Assembly (NCBI GenBank): GCA_936928855.1
Contig: CAKZHZ010000019.1
Span: 76,310-140,309, forward strand
Direction: 5' to 3'
DNA length: 64,000 bases
DNA from: an uncultured Polycyclovorans sp.
GTDB lineage: Bacteria > Pseudomonadota > Gammaproteobacteria > Nevskiales > Nevskiaceae
Shown: positions 11,519-19,836 of the stretch, piece by piece
Position numbering within the stretch: position 1 is the first letter of the stretch
Layout: the number at the start of each line of letters is the position of its first letter
Position numbers and translations under genes: made by a program
The notes under the pieces: generated by a model
What the model was told of the DNA's origin: nothing
The model's database searches: none
Seen by the model: the letters and a program-made list of their open reading frames with translations, nothing else

Positions 11519-12412
11519 ATGCGCCCTCTGATCGTGGCAGCCTGCCTGTTGCTGACGGCCTGCGCCGGCACCACCGTGCTCAACACCTTGACGCCCGAGC
11601 GTGGTTACACCGTGGCGACCAACCAGCCCTACGATGGTGAACACGGGTTGCGTCTGGACATCTACACCCCGGATGACGCGCAAGCCGCGCCCGTGGTGGT
11701 GTTCTTCTATGGCGGACGCTGGAGTGAAGGCAGCAAGGATGACTACAAGTTCGTGGGGCAGGCGCTGGCTTCCCGCGGATTCGTCGCAGTGCTTGCCGAT
11801 TACCGGCTCTATCCCGATGTACGCTTCCCGACCTTTGTCGAGGATGCAGCGCGTGCCGTGGCCTGGACGCGGCAGCGCATCGACGGGTTTGGCGGCGACC
11901 CGGACAAGATGTTCGTCATGGGGCATTCCGCCGGCGCGCACATCGCTGCCATGCTGGCGCTCAATCCCGCGTATCTCGAAGCTGTCGCGCTCAAGCCGGA
12001 CGCGCTCAAGGGCATGATCGGTCTGGCCGGCGCCTACGATTTTCTGCCGATCACGGCGCCGGATCTACGCGATATCTTCGGGCCCCCGGAGGCATTCCAG
12101 AAAAGCCAGCCGATCTTTTTCGCCAATGGGCGCAATCCGCCCCTGCTGCTGGTGCATGGCGAAGATGATGAGGCGGTGTGGGTGAAGAACACCCGCAACC
12201 TCGCCAAGGCGGTTGCCCAGGCGGGCGGCGCGGTGGAAACGGTCATCTATCCGAAGATGAGTCACCGCTTTATCGTCGCCACGTTGGCGGCGCCGTTGCG
12301 CGGACAGTCCGATGTGCTCGACACCGTGGCCGAGTTCGTCAATCGGCGGGCCGCTGCTGCGCCGCGCCGTGACGGACCCGAGATCGAGACCACCCCGATC
12401 TACCTGCCCTGA
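11519..12412 (+). CDS. alpha/beta-hydrolase lipoprotein (esterase)
   Basis: Lipoprotein signal MRPLIVAACLLLTACAG, a GHSAGAH nucleophile elbow, and an HGEDD region. Transcribed divergently from lemA. Confidence 0.75.
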   Translation: MRPLIVAACLLLTACAGTTVLNTLTPERGYTVATNQPYDGEHGLRLDIYTPDDAQAAPVVVFFYGGRWSEGSKDDYKFVGQALASRGFVAVLADYRLYPDVRFPTFVEDAARAVAWTRQRIDGFGGDPDKMFVMGHSAGAHIAAMLALNPAYLEAVALKPDALKGMIGLAGAYDFLPITAPDLRDIFGPPEAFQKSQPIFFANGRNPPLLLVHGEDDEAVWVKNTRNLAKAVAQAGGAVETVIYPKMSHRFIVATLAAPLRGQSDVLDTVAEFVNRRAAAAPRRDGPEIETTPIYLP

Positions 12413-12483
12413 ACCCGTGTGCCCGCGCCTGAGGCCGTTGTCGGTCTCGGCGCTTCACCCTGCTGCATGATATTGAGAGTGCG

Positions 12484-13233
12484 ATGACCCATAAACTTGT
12501 CCTTCTGCGCCACGGCCAGAGCCAGTGGAATCTCGAGAACCGCTTCACCGGATGGGTGGACGTGGACATCACGGAGCAGGGCGCGCATGAGGCGCAGACC
12601 GCCGGCCGTTTGATGCGCGACGAAGGGCTGGTCTTCGACGTCGCCCATACCTCGGTACTGAAGCGCGCGATCCGCACCTGCTGGACGGCGCTGGATGCGA
12701 TGGATCAACTGTGGGTGCCGACGCACAAGTCCTGGCGGCTCAACGAGCGTCATTACGGCGCCTTGCAGGGGCTGGACAAGGCAGAGACGACCGCCAAGCA
12801 CGGTGAGGCGCAAGTCAAGATCTGGCGCCGTTCCTACGATGTCCCGCCTCCGGCCATGGAAACGGCGGACCCGGGCCACCCGGTGCATGATCGCCGCTAC
12901 GGCACACTCGATCCCGCCGCCCTTCCGGGCACCGAGTCCCTGGCCACCACACTGGTGCGGGTGTTGCCCTATTGGCACGATCGCATCGCCCCGGACCTCA
13001 AGGCCGGACAGACCGTGCTCGTCACCGCGCATGGCAATTCGCTGCGGGCGCTGTACAAATACCTCAACCAGGTGTCCGATGACGCGATTCTGGAGGTGAA
13101 CATTCCCACCGGCATTCCGTTGCTGTTCGAGCTCGACGAGGCGCTGCGGGTTCGCGAGTTCCGCTACCTCGGAGATCCCGAGGCGGCCAAGCGTGCCGCC
13201 GAGGCGGTGGCCAATCAGGCCAAGAAGGGCTGA
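12484..13233 (+). CDS. gpmA: 2,3-bisphosphoglycerate-dependent phosphoglycerate mutase
   Basis: [12 protein letters not shown]...RHYG...[10 protein letters not shown], the canonical GpmA sequence. Confidence 0.95.
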   Translation: MTHKLVLLRHGQSQWNLENRFTGWVDVDITEQGAHEAQTAGRLMRDEGLVFDVAHTSVLKRAIRTCWTALDAMDQLWVPTHKSWRLNERHYGALQGLDKAETTAKHGEAQVKIWRRSYDVPPPAMETADPGHPVHDRRYGTLDPAALPGTESLATTLVRVLPYWHDRIAPDLKAGQTVLVTAHGNSLRALYKYLNQVSDDAILEVNIPTGIPLLFELDEALRVREFRYLGDPEAAKRAAEAVANQAKKG

Positions 13234-13364
13234 ACGGCTGCTAAACACGGATCAATGACACGGTGGTGACATCGTGCATCGACTGAGCTACCTTCCGTCG
13301 GAACAACGTCGCCGCTCGTCCCCGGGCTGAAGCGGCGAACAGCGGTATACGACAGGGAGGAGTT

Positions 13365-15974
13365 GTGATGAAGACTGTGCGTTCGCCGGTTTGGACGGGT
13401 GCCCTCGGCCTGATGCTGGCCATGGGCCTTGGCGCTTGCAGCGGCAACAATGGTGGCGGTACGGCGCCGTCACCGACCCCGGCGACCACGCCGACGCCCG
13501 GGCCAACCGCCACGCCGGTGCCCACCCCCACGGTGGCGCCCACCCCCACGCCGAGTCCGACGGTGGGGCCAACGCCGACGCCAACGGTCAGCCCGACACC
13601 GACCACGAGCCCCACACCGACTACCAGTCCGACGCCGACGCCCACGCCGCCGCCGGGTGACGGTGGTTCGCCGCTGGATCTGCTCTTCGAACAGCTGGCG
13701 GAGGCCTGTACCGCGGACCCGCTTATCGAGCAGGACCCCACGCCGCTCTCCGCCTGCCTCGCCACCGGGCTGCAGGCCTTCTGCGATGCGGCGGATCCCG
13801 AGGGCGAAACACTGCCGATCTGTGGTGACGGCGGATTCACGCCGCCCACCAGCCCCGAGGATCTGCTGGCATTGCTGGCGCCCATCACGGATCAGATCGG
13901 TGAGTTCTGCACCGCAGATCCGTTGGTGCCGGACGATCCGACGCCGCTCAGCAGTTGCCTGGCGACGGGACTGGAGGCCTTCTGTGATGCCGCCGATCCC
14001 GAAGGCACGACCTTCCCGTTCTGCGGTGACGGTGAGTTCGAGCCGCCGACCAGCCCTGAGGACCTGCTGGCCCTGCTATCCCCGATTACCGATCAGATCA
14101 GCGAGTTCTGTACGGCGGAATCGCCCATCGGAACCGACCCGACCGGCCTGACCAACTGCCTGGCGACCGGGCTCGAAGCGTTCTGCGACGCCGCCGATCC
14201 CGAGGGCACCACCTTCCCGTTCTGCGGTGAAGGCGGAATCGAGCCGCCCGACAGCCCCGAAGACCTGCTGGCATTGCTGGCGCCGATCACCGAGGCCATT
14301 GAAACCTTCTGTACCGAGGCTTCGCCGATCGAAGAGGATCCCACCGGGCTCACCCGTTGCCTGGCCACCGGCCTGGCCCAGTTCTGCGCGCTGCCGGGTG
14401 CGGACCAAACGCCTATCTGTGGCGAGTTCACCCCGCCGACGGATCCGGAGGATCTGCTGCTGTTGCTGGCGCCGGTGACTGACGCGATCGCCATGTTCTG
14501 CGGAACCGAGGGCGGCATCGAAGGGGACCCCATCGGGCTCAGCAATTGCCTTGCAGCTGGGCTGGCTCAGTTCTGCCAGGCGCCGGGCGCGGATCAGCTG
14601 CCGATCTGCGGGGAGGGGGGGCTGGAGCCCCCTGACAGTCCCGAGGATCTGTTGGCGTTGCTGGCGCCGGTGACGGACGCCATCGGCGAGTTCTGCGGCG
14701 AGGACGGCGGGATTGACGGCGACCCGACCGGGTTCAGCAATTGCCTGGCTGCAGGGCTGGCCCAGTTCTGCCAGGCGCCCGGGGCCGATCAGCTGCCGTT
14801 CTGTGACGAGGGGGGCATCACGCCGCCGAGCGGACCGGAGGATCTGCTGGCACTGCTGGCGCCGCTCACCGATGCGATCGCCGAGTTCTGTGGCGAAGAG
14901 GGTGGCGTCGAGGGTGACCCCACCGGCCTGTCGAACTGCCTTGCGGCGGGCTTGGGGCAGTTCTGCCAGGCGCCGGGCGCGGATGCCCTGCCAGTTTGTG
15001 AAGACGGCGGTATCACGCCGCCGACCGATCCGGCTGACCTGTTGGCGTTGCTGGCACCGCTCACTGATGCGATCGGTGAATTCTGCGGCACTGAGGGTGG
15101 CATCGAGGGCGACCCCACCGGATTCTCCAACTGCCTCGCGGCGGGGCTGGCCCAGCTGTGTCAGGCCCCGGGTGCCGATCAACTGCCCTTCTGCGGCGAA
15201 GGGGGCATCACGCCGCCCACCAGTCCGGAGGACCTGCTGGCCCTGTTGGCACCCGTTACCGATGCGATTGGCGCGTTCTGCGGCGACGAGGGTGGCATCG
15301 ACGGTGACCCGACGGGTTTGTCGACGTGTCTGGCTGCGGGGCTGACGCAGTTCTGCGCAGCTCCGGGGGCCGACCAGCTGCCGTTCTGTGGCGAAGGGGG
15401 CATCAGTCCGCCGACAAGCCCTGAAGACCTGCTGGCCTTGCTGGCACCGGTGACGGAGGCCATTGAGACCTTCTGTACCGAGGCGCCGCTCATCCCCGGG
15501 GATCCCACGGGACTGAGCAGCTGCCTTGCCACCGGGCTGGCACAGTTCTGCCAAGCCCCAGGCGCGGATCAGCTGCCATTCTGTGATGCTGACGGAGGGG
15601 TGCCGGTGCCGTCCGACCCGGCTGACCTGCTGGCCTTGTTGGCCCCCGTGACCGAGGCCATCGCCGGGTTCTGCGACGCCGATCCCGCCATTCCACAGGA
15701 TCCGACCGGTCTCTCGAACTGCCTGACCGCCGGCCTTGAGACTTTCTGCGACACCCCAGGCGCGGATGCGCTTCCTGTATGTGGGGGTGACGGCGAGGTG
15801 CCTTCGCTGGATCCAAGTCTGCTCACCGATGCCCTCTGCGGTATTCCGGGGACCGAGGCACTGCCGCTGTGTACTGAGGGGGGTGTGCCCGAACTGGATC
15901 CGGATCTGCTGACCGGTGCGCTGTGCGCCATCCCCGGCGTCAGTCTGCTGCCTCTCTGCACCGCAGCACCCTGA
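13365..15974 (+). CDS. secreted lipoprotein with Pro/Thr linker and ~11 tandem 4-Cys repeats of ~66 aa (unrecognised repeat family)
   Basis: GGGAGGAG RBS; lipobox LGAC; PT-rich linker at aa 33-97; repeat consensus PEDLLALLAP(V/I)TDAIGEFCg.EGGi.GDPTGLSnCLAaGLaQFCqAPGADqLPfCgEGGi.PP(T/D)S; two short C-terminal degenerate copies. Confidence 0.85.
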   Translation: MMKTVRSPVWTGALGLMLAMGLGACSGNNGGGTAPSPTPATTPTPGPTATPVPTPTVAPTPTPSPTVGPTPTPTVSPTPTTSPTPTTSPTPTPTPPPGDGGSPLDLLFEQLAEACTADPLIEQDPTPLSACLATGLQAFCDAADPEGETLPICGDGGFTPPTSPEDLLALLAPITDQIGEFCTADPLVPDDPTPLSSCLATGLEAFCDAADPEGTTFPFCGDGEFEPPTSPEDLLALLSPITDQISEFCTAESPIGTDPTGLTNCLATGLEAFCDAADPEGTTFPFCGEGGIEPPDSPEDLLALLAPITEAIETFCTEASPIEEDPTGLTRCLATGLAQFCALPGADQTPICGEFTPPTDPEDLLLLLAPVTDAIAMFCGTEGGIEGDPIGLSNCLAAGLAQFCQAPGADQLPICGEGGLEPPDSPEDLLALLAPVTDAIGEFCGEDGGIDGDPTGFSNCLAAGLAQFCQAPGADQLPFCDEGGITPPSGPEDLLALLAPLTDAIAEFCGEEGGVEGDPTGLSNCLAAGLGQFCQAPGADALPVCEDGGITPPTDPADLLALLAPLTDAIGEFCGTEGGIEGDPTGFSNCLAAGLAQLCQAPGADQLPFCGEGGITPPTSPEDLLALLAPVTDAIGAFCGDEGGIDGDPTGLSTCLAAGLTQFCAAPGADQLPFCGEGGISPPTSPEDLLALLAPVTEAIETFCTEAPLIPGDPTGLSSCLATGLAQFCQAPGADQLPFCDADGGVPVPSDPADLLALLAPVTEAIAGFCDADPAIPQDPTGLSNCLTAGLETFCDTPGADALPVCGGDGEVPSLDPSLLTDALCGIPGTEALPLCTEGGVPELDPDLLTGALCAIPGVSLLPLCTAAP
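13668..15971 (+). repeat. in-frame tandem coding repeats (~198 nt period, ~11 units plus 2 short variants)
   Basis: Protein-level periodicity with four cysteines per unit. The DNA copies differ at many synonymous sites (ctgttggcgttgctggcg / ctgctggcactgctggcg / ctgctggccctgttggca). Confidence 0.85.
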
Positions 15975-15999
15975 GGTAGCGGACGGCGTCGGCGTCGTT

Positions 16000-16497
16000 T
16001 CAGGGGGTCAACCGGAGGCGACCGGTGAGGGCGCCGTCCGCATCCAGCAGGCCGTGGCGCTGCAGAAACCCTCGCGCGTCGTCACTATCCTGTTCGAACC
16101 ACGCGCGGGCACTGCCGAGGATGAAGTGGTAACCCCAGGCGTCCATGTCGGCGAGGAGGCGCTCACGCGAGTAGCCGGGTATGCGGTCGGCCAGCAGTGC
16201 CTGCAGGTAGCACACGGCATTCTCTTCGGTGTCGGTTCCGCAGGCGTCGGTGTCCACGATGGCACGCCGTTCTGGATCCATGCAGCGCCAGTGTCCCAGC
16301 TCGTGCAGCAGCGAGTGCACCGGGGTGTCCCGGCGGACGTAGAGACGCGCGCCGATGATCCCCGCTTCTGGCTCGCCCCAATAGCTCCCGGGGATGGCCT
16401 GACCCTCCTCCACCCACGTCAACTGCATGCCCTGATGCGCCACGAAAGCGGCAAGCGCCTCGGCGTTCAAGGCGGCGCAGGGCAGTACAGGGGGCAT
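16000..16497 (-). CDS. hypothetical protein with HExxH motif
   Basis: 165 aa containing SLLHELGHWRCMD. Convergent with the repeat lipoprotein across a 25-nt gap. Confidence 0.5.
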   Translation of the reverse strand: MPPVLPCAALNAEALAAFVAHQGMQLTWVEEGQAIPGSYWGEPEAGIIGARLYVRRDTPVHSLLHELGHWRCMDPERRAIVDTDACGTDTEENAVCYLQALLADRIPGYSRERLLADMDAWGYHFILGSARAWFEQDSDDARGFLQRHGLLDADGALTGRLRLTP

Positions 16498-16584
16498 GAT
16501 TTCCTACTGTGTGGCGGCGGAGGCTGCACTACGCTGATCAAAACCTGACGCTTGATTCAGATCTACAACAGGGGGAGAACAGCC

Positions 16585-19500
16585 ATGCGCCATTTTACGG
16601 GAGGGCGTCGCTGGGGTGTTGTGTTGGCGGCGACAGTCACCTTGGCGGCATGCGGTACCAGTGATCCGGTGGCAGGTGATCTCGGCAATCGGGATCCTGC
16701 TCCGGGCCAGGGCAACATCTTCATGAGCGCGATGCCGCCCGGGGCCAATGGCAACGCGGCAGGCGGCGTCGGGGCGCCGGCCGGGATACCGCCGTCGGCC
16801 ACCGTGTACCCCGACCATTACAACGATCAATTGGCGCTGTATGCGAACCTGGCCCATGCCCGGACGCCGCTGCAGCGCGGCAATTGCACGCCACCGGCGT
16901 CACTGGCCGCGCATGAACCCGCCTCGGATCAGGCCTGCAATTACTTCAAGAATGCGCCGATCGAGTTGCCGGATGCGCAAGCGGTCAGCGCACGGACGCT
17001 GAGTGCGCCGAACGGCGGCAGTGTCACCATCCGACGCGATGGATGGGGTGTGCCCTACGTGGATGGCAGCGATCGCGCGGCGGCCCAGTATGGGCTTGGT
17101 TATGCGGCTGCGGAGGATCGCCTCTGGCTGTTCGATGTGCTGCGGTACGCGGGACGAGGGCGCGCGTCGGAATATCTCGGCCCCTCGCAGACAACCTATG
17201 ACCTTGATCTGGAGTTTGGTTCGGCTTCCGCCTACAGCGAAGCGGAGATCGCCACTGTGCTGAGCCGCGCAGTGGAGAAGGTGGGGGAGCCCTACGGCTC
17301 GCAGTTTCTCAACGACACCGAAATGTTCGTCGCCGGCATGAACGCCTTTGTCGACTCGCTGACCGGTACCAACGTTAGCCGCATTCCGCCCGAGTACCTG
17401 ACACTGGGGCTGGCCGTGGGTGCCGAGTTGCCCAAGTTTCCGCCGGCCCCCTTTACGGTGAACGATATCGTTGCCAATGCCATTCTGATCCAGTCTGCGC
17501 TGGGCCTGGGCGGTGGCGGCGAGGCCAGCAATGTACGACTGCTGCAGGCGTTGGACGCCGGTATCGGTGGTGCGACGCGCACCTTGCCGGTGGCAGCCTG
17601 CGAAACCTGGCGGGACCTTCGCCATGCCAACGCCACCGACAGCTATCACACCGCCACCGGCACCTTCGACACGCAGTCGGGGTTCTTCAGTGAGGCGTGC
17701 CCCTTGGCGCTGGCCGAAGGGGCGGTGATCTGGGATGCCGGCAGCTACCGGGGGCTGGCTTTGGTGGGGACCGAAAGTGCCGGGCTGTTGGTGCCCGATA
17801 TCCCCGGGATTCTCAACGATCTGCAGCGCATCCTCGGCGGACTGCTGCCAGGCAATGCCCTGCAAATGGCACAGACCGCACGCATTCCCCTGCGCAGGAC
17901 GGCGGAGCAGACACTGTTGGCGCTCAACGATGCGCCGGGAACCGCCCTTGATGCGCTGCTGGCGTCGCTGGGCATGCCGAGCTCCACGTCGAACTGGATT
18001 GCGGTGAATGCGGACCAGACCCAGTCCGGCCACCCGATCCTGGTGGGCGGGCCGCAGACCGGCTACTTCAATCCGCAGCTGCTGTGGGAGGCGGCGGTGA
18101 TCTCTCGTGGCGGCACAGCGATGGATCTGGCCGCGCGAGGGATCTCCACGGTCAATCTGCCCTATATCGTGATCGGACACGGCCTCGACTTCGCCTGGGT
18201 GCCGACGTCTGCGGGCTCCGATTTCACCGATACCCGCGTGTCGAAGATGTGCAATCTGGATGGCTCGCCACCGTCACGCGACGATGGCGACGGTGATGGG
18301 TTTCCGGACGCGGATGGCTACCTTTTCAAAGGCGAGTGCAAGCGCTTCTACACCCGCGTCGATACCTGGACCGCGACGCCGACGGTCGCCAGTATCGCCC
18401 TCGGTGGCGGCCCGACGCCGGAAACGGTCAGCCGCTATGTGATCCGTACGCATTACGGTCCGGTGTTCGCCACCGCGACGGTCAGTGGCGAGCCTGTGGC
18501 GATCTCCACCCAGCGATCCACATTCCTGGCCGATGTCGACACCGCCATTCCGTTCGGCATCCTCACCGCGCAGGGAGTGGACATGGACCACACCCGATTC
18601 AAAAAGCTGTTCAACAGCATGACGGCGACCTTCAACTGGCTGTACGTCGACGAGCAGGATGTGGCCTACATCCAGTCCGGACTGTACCCGGTACGTCATC
18701 CCGGGCACATGCCGGAGCTGCCGGTCTGGGGTGATGGGCGATTCGAGTGGCAGAACGACCAGCAACTGCCAGCGTCGTTCTTCACCGATTTTGGCGGGGA
18801 TGGCAATGCCGGCGCTGACAGCTGGCCGTCGCGCAACCAGCCGGTAGCCCAGGACGCGCTGGGGTATTTCGAGTGGCCGGGGTATCTGCCCCTGACGGAT
18901 CATGTGCAGGACACCAATCCGCCCACGGGGTTTCTCGCCAACTGGAACAACTCCGGCGCGTTCGGATGGACGGCCCCTGACGGGGACGGTTCCTATGGGC
19001 CCACGCATCGGGTGCTGAACCTGTCGAAACGCCTCGAGGCCTTTCGCGATACCGGGCGCAAGCATGATCTCGCCACCATGATCGAGGTGGCGGGTGATGC
19101 GGCCTATACCGATACCCGAGGGCTCGATGTCCTGCCCCTGATGCTGCGGGTACTGGCGTCGGAGCCGATGACGTCCGAACAGGAGGCTGTTGCCAACCTG
19201 ATGCAGGCATGGATGGACGATGGATCCGGTCACTGGATCGACGATACCCCGGGGCTGGGCGCGATGCGGCGGGACCGGGATAGGGACGGAGCCTACGATC
19301 ACCGCAGCGCTGTCGTGCTGATGGATGCCTGGTACCAGCGCATGCTGCCGCGCGTAACGGTGCAGCTCGATCAGTTGGTGGCCAACGGCGGCACGGCGCT
19401 GCAGGGTCGGTTCGATGCGCCGGGGGCGGTGGGCTCAGCGTTTCAGAGTGGCTGGTTCCAGCACATGAAGCGTATGTTCGGCATGGCGCTCGGGGATGCG

Positions 19501-19779
19501 GTCCCGCCGTATCGACAGTTGCGCTGTGCGGGCGCGGATGGTCTGCCGGCCTGTCGTGCCGCAGTGACGGAGGCCCTGGACCTTGCGCTCACGGATCTTG
19601 GCGGCCTGGCGATGATGACGCAGTGGGATGGCAGCAGCCTGTACGGCGGTGACACAGTGGAGGCCCACGACGCGGTGGTGCACACCAACTTCGGATTCCT
19701 GCCCATCGCGTCGATTCACTGGATCAACCGCCCGACGTTTCATCAAGCGGCCGAGATTCAGCAGTCTCGCGACCGCTGA
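16585..19779 (+). CDS. penicillin amidase / acyl-homoserine-lactone acylase family (Ntn hydrolase) lipoprotein
   Basis: Lipobox LAACG. An SSTSNWIAVNAD...GGPQTGYFNPQLLWE junction matches the S-N nucleophile start of the beta subunit. About 1064 aa, with Asp/Gly-rich inserts (DDGDGDGFPDADG). Confidence 0.8.
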   Translation: MRHFTGGRRWGVVLAATVTLAACGTSDPVAGDLGNRDPAPGQGNIFMSAMPPGANGNAAGGVGAPAGIPPSATVYPDHYNDQLALYANLAHARTPLQRGNCTPPASLAAHEPASDQACNYFKNAPIELPDAQAVSARTLSAPNGGSVTIRRDGWGVPYVDGSDRAAAQYGLGYAAAEDRLWLFDVLRYAGRGRASEYLGPSQTTYDLDLEFGSASAYSEAEIATVLSRAVEKVGEPYGSQFLNDTEMFVAGMNAFVDSLTGTNVSRIPPEYLTLGLAVGAELPKFPPAPFTVNDIVANAILIQSALGLGGGGEASNVRLLQALDAGIGGATRTLPVAACETWRDLRHANATDSYHTATGTFDTQSGFFSEACPLALAEGAVIWDAGSYRGLALVGTESAGLLVPDIPGILNDLQRILGGLLPGNALQMAQTARIPLRRTAEQTLLALNDAPGTALDALLASLGMPSSTSNWIAVNADQTQSGHPILVGGPQTGYFNPQLLWEAAVISRGGTAMDLAARGISTVNLPYIVIGHGLDFAWVPTSAGSDFTDTRVSKMCNLDGSPPSRDDGDGDGFPDADGYLFKGECKRFYTRVDTWTATPTVASIALGGGPTPETVSRYVIRTHYGPVFATATVSGEPVAISTQRSTFLADVDTAIPFGILTAQGVDMDHTRFKKLFNSMTATFNWLYVDEQDVAYIQSGLYPVRHPGHMPELPVWGDGRFEWQNDQQLPASFFTDFGGDGNAGADSWPSRNQPVAQDALGYFEWPGYLPLTDHVQDTNPPTGFLANWNNSGAFGWTAPDGDGSYGPTHRVLNLSKRLEAFRDTGRKHDLATMIEVAGDAAYTDTRGLDVLPLMLRVLASEPMTSEQEAVANLMQAWMDDGSGHWIDDTPGLGAMRRDRDRDGAYDHRSAVVLMDAWYQRMLPRVTVQLDQLVANGGTALQGRFDAPGAVGSAFQSGWFQHMKRMFGMALGDAVPPYRQLRCAGADGLPACRAAVTEALDLALTDLGGLAMMTQWDGSSLYGGDTVEAHDAVVHTNFGFLPIASIHWINRPTFHQAAEIQQSRDR

Positions 19780-19836
19780 GGAAAAAGGCCCGACCCCCGA
19801 GGGGGCCGGGCCTGTCTCGTTGGGCGGAAGCCCGGC

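Noticed and set aside
13668-15971. CRISPR-like periodic repeats
   Set aside because: The ~198-nt periodicity lies entirely inside an open reading frame and encodes conserved peptide repeats. No spacer-repeat structure and no cas genes are present.
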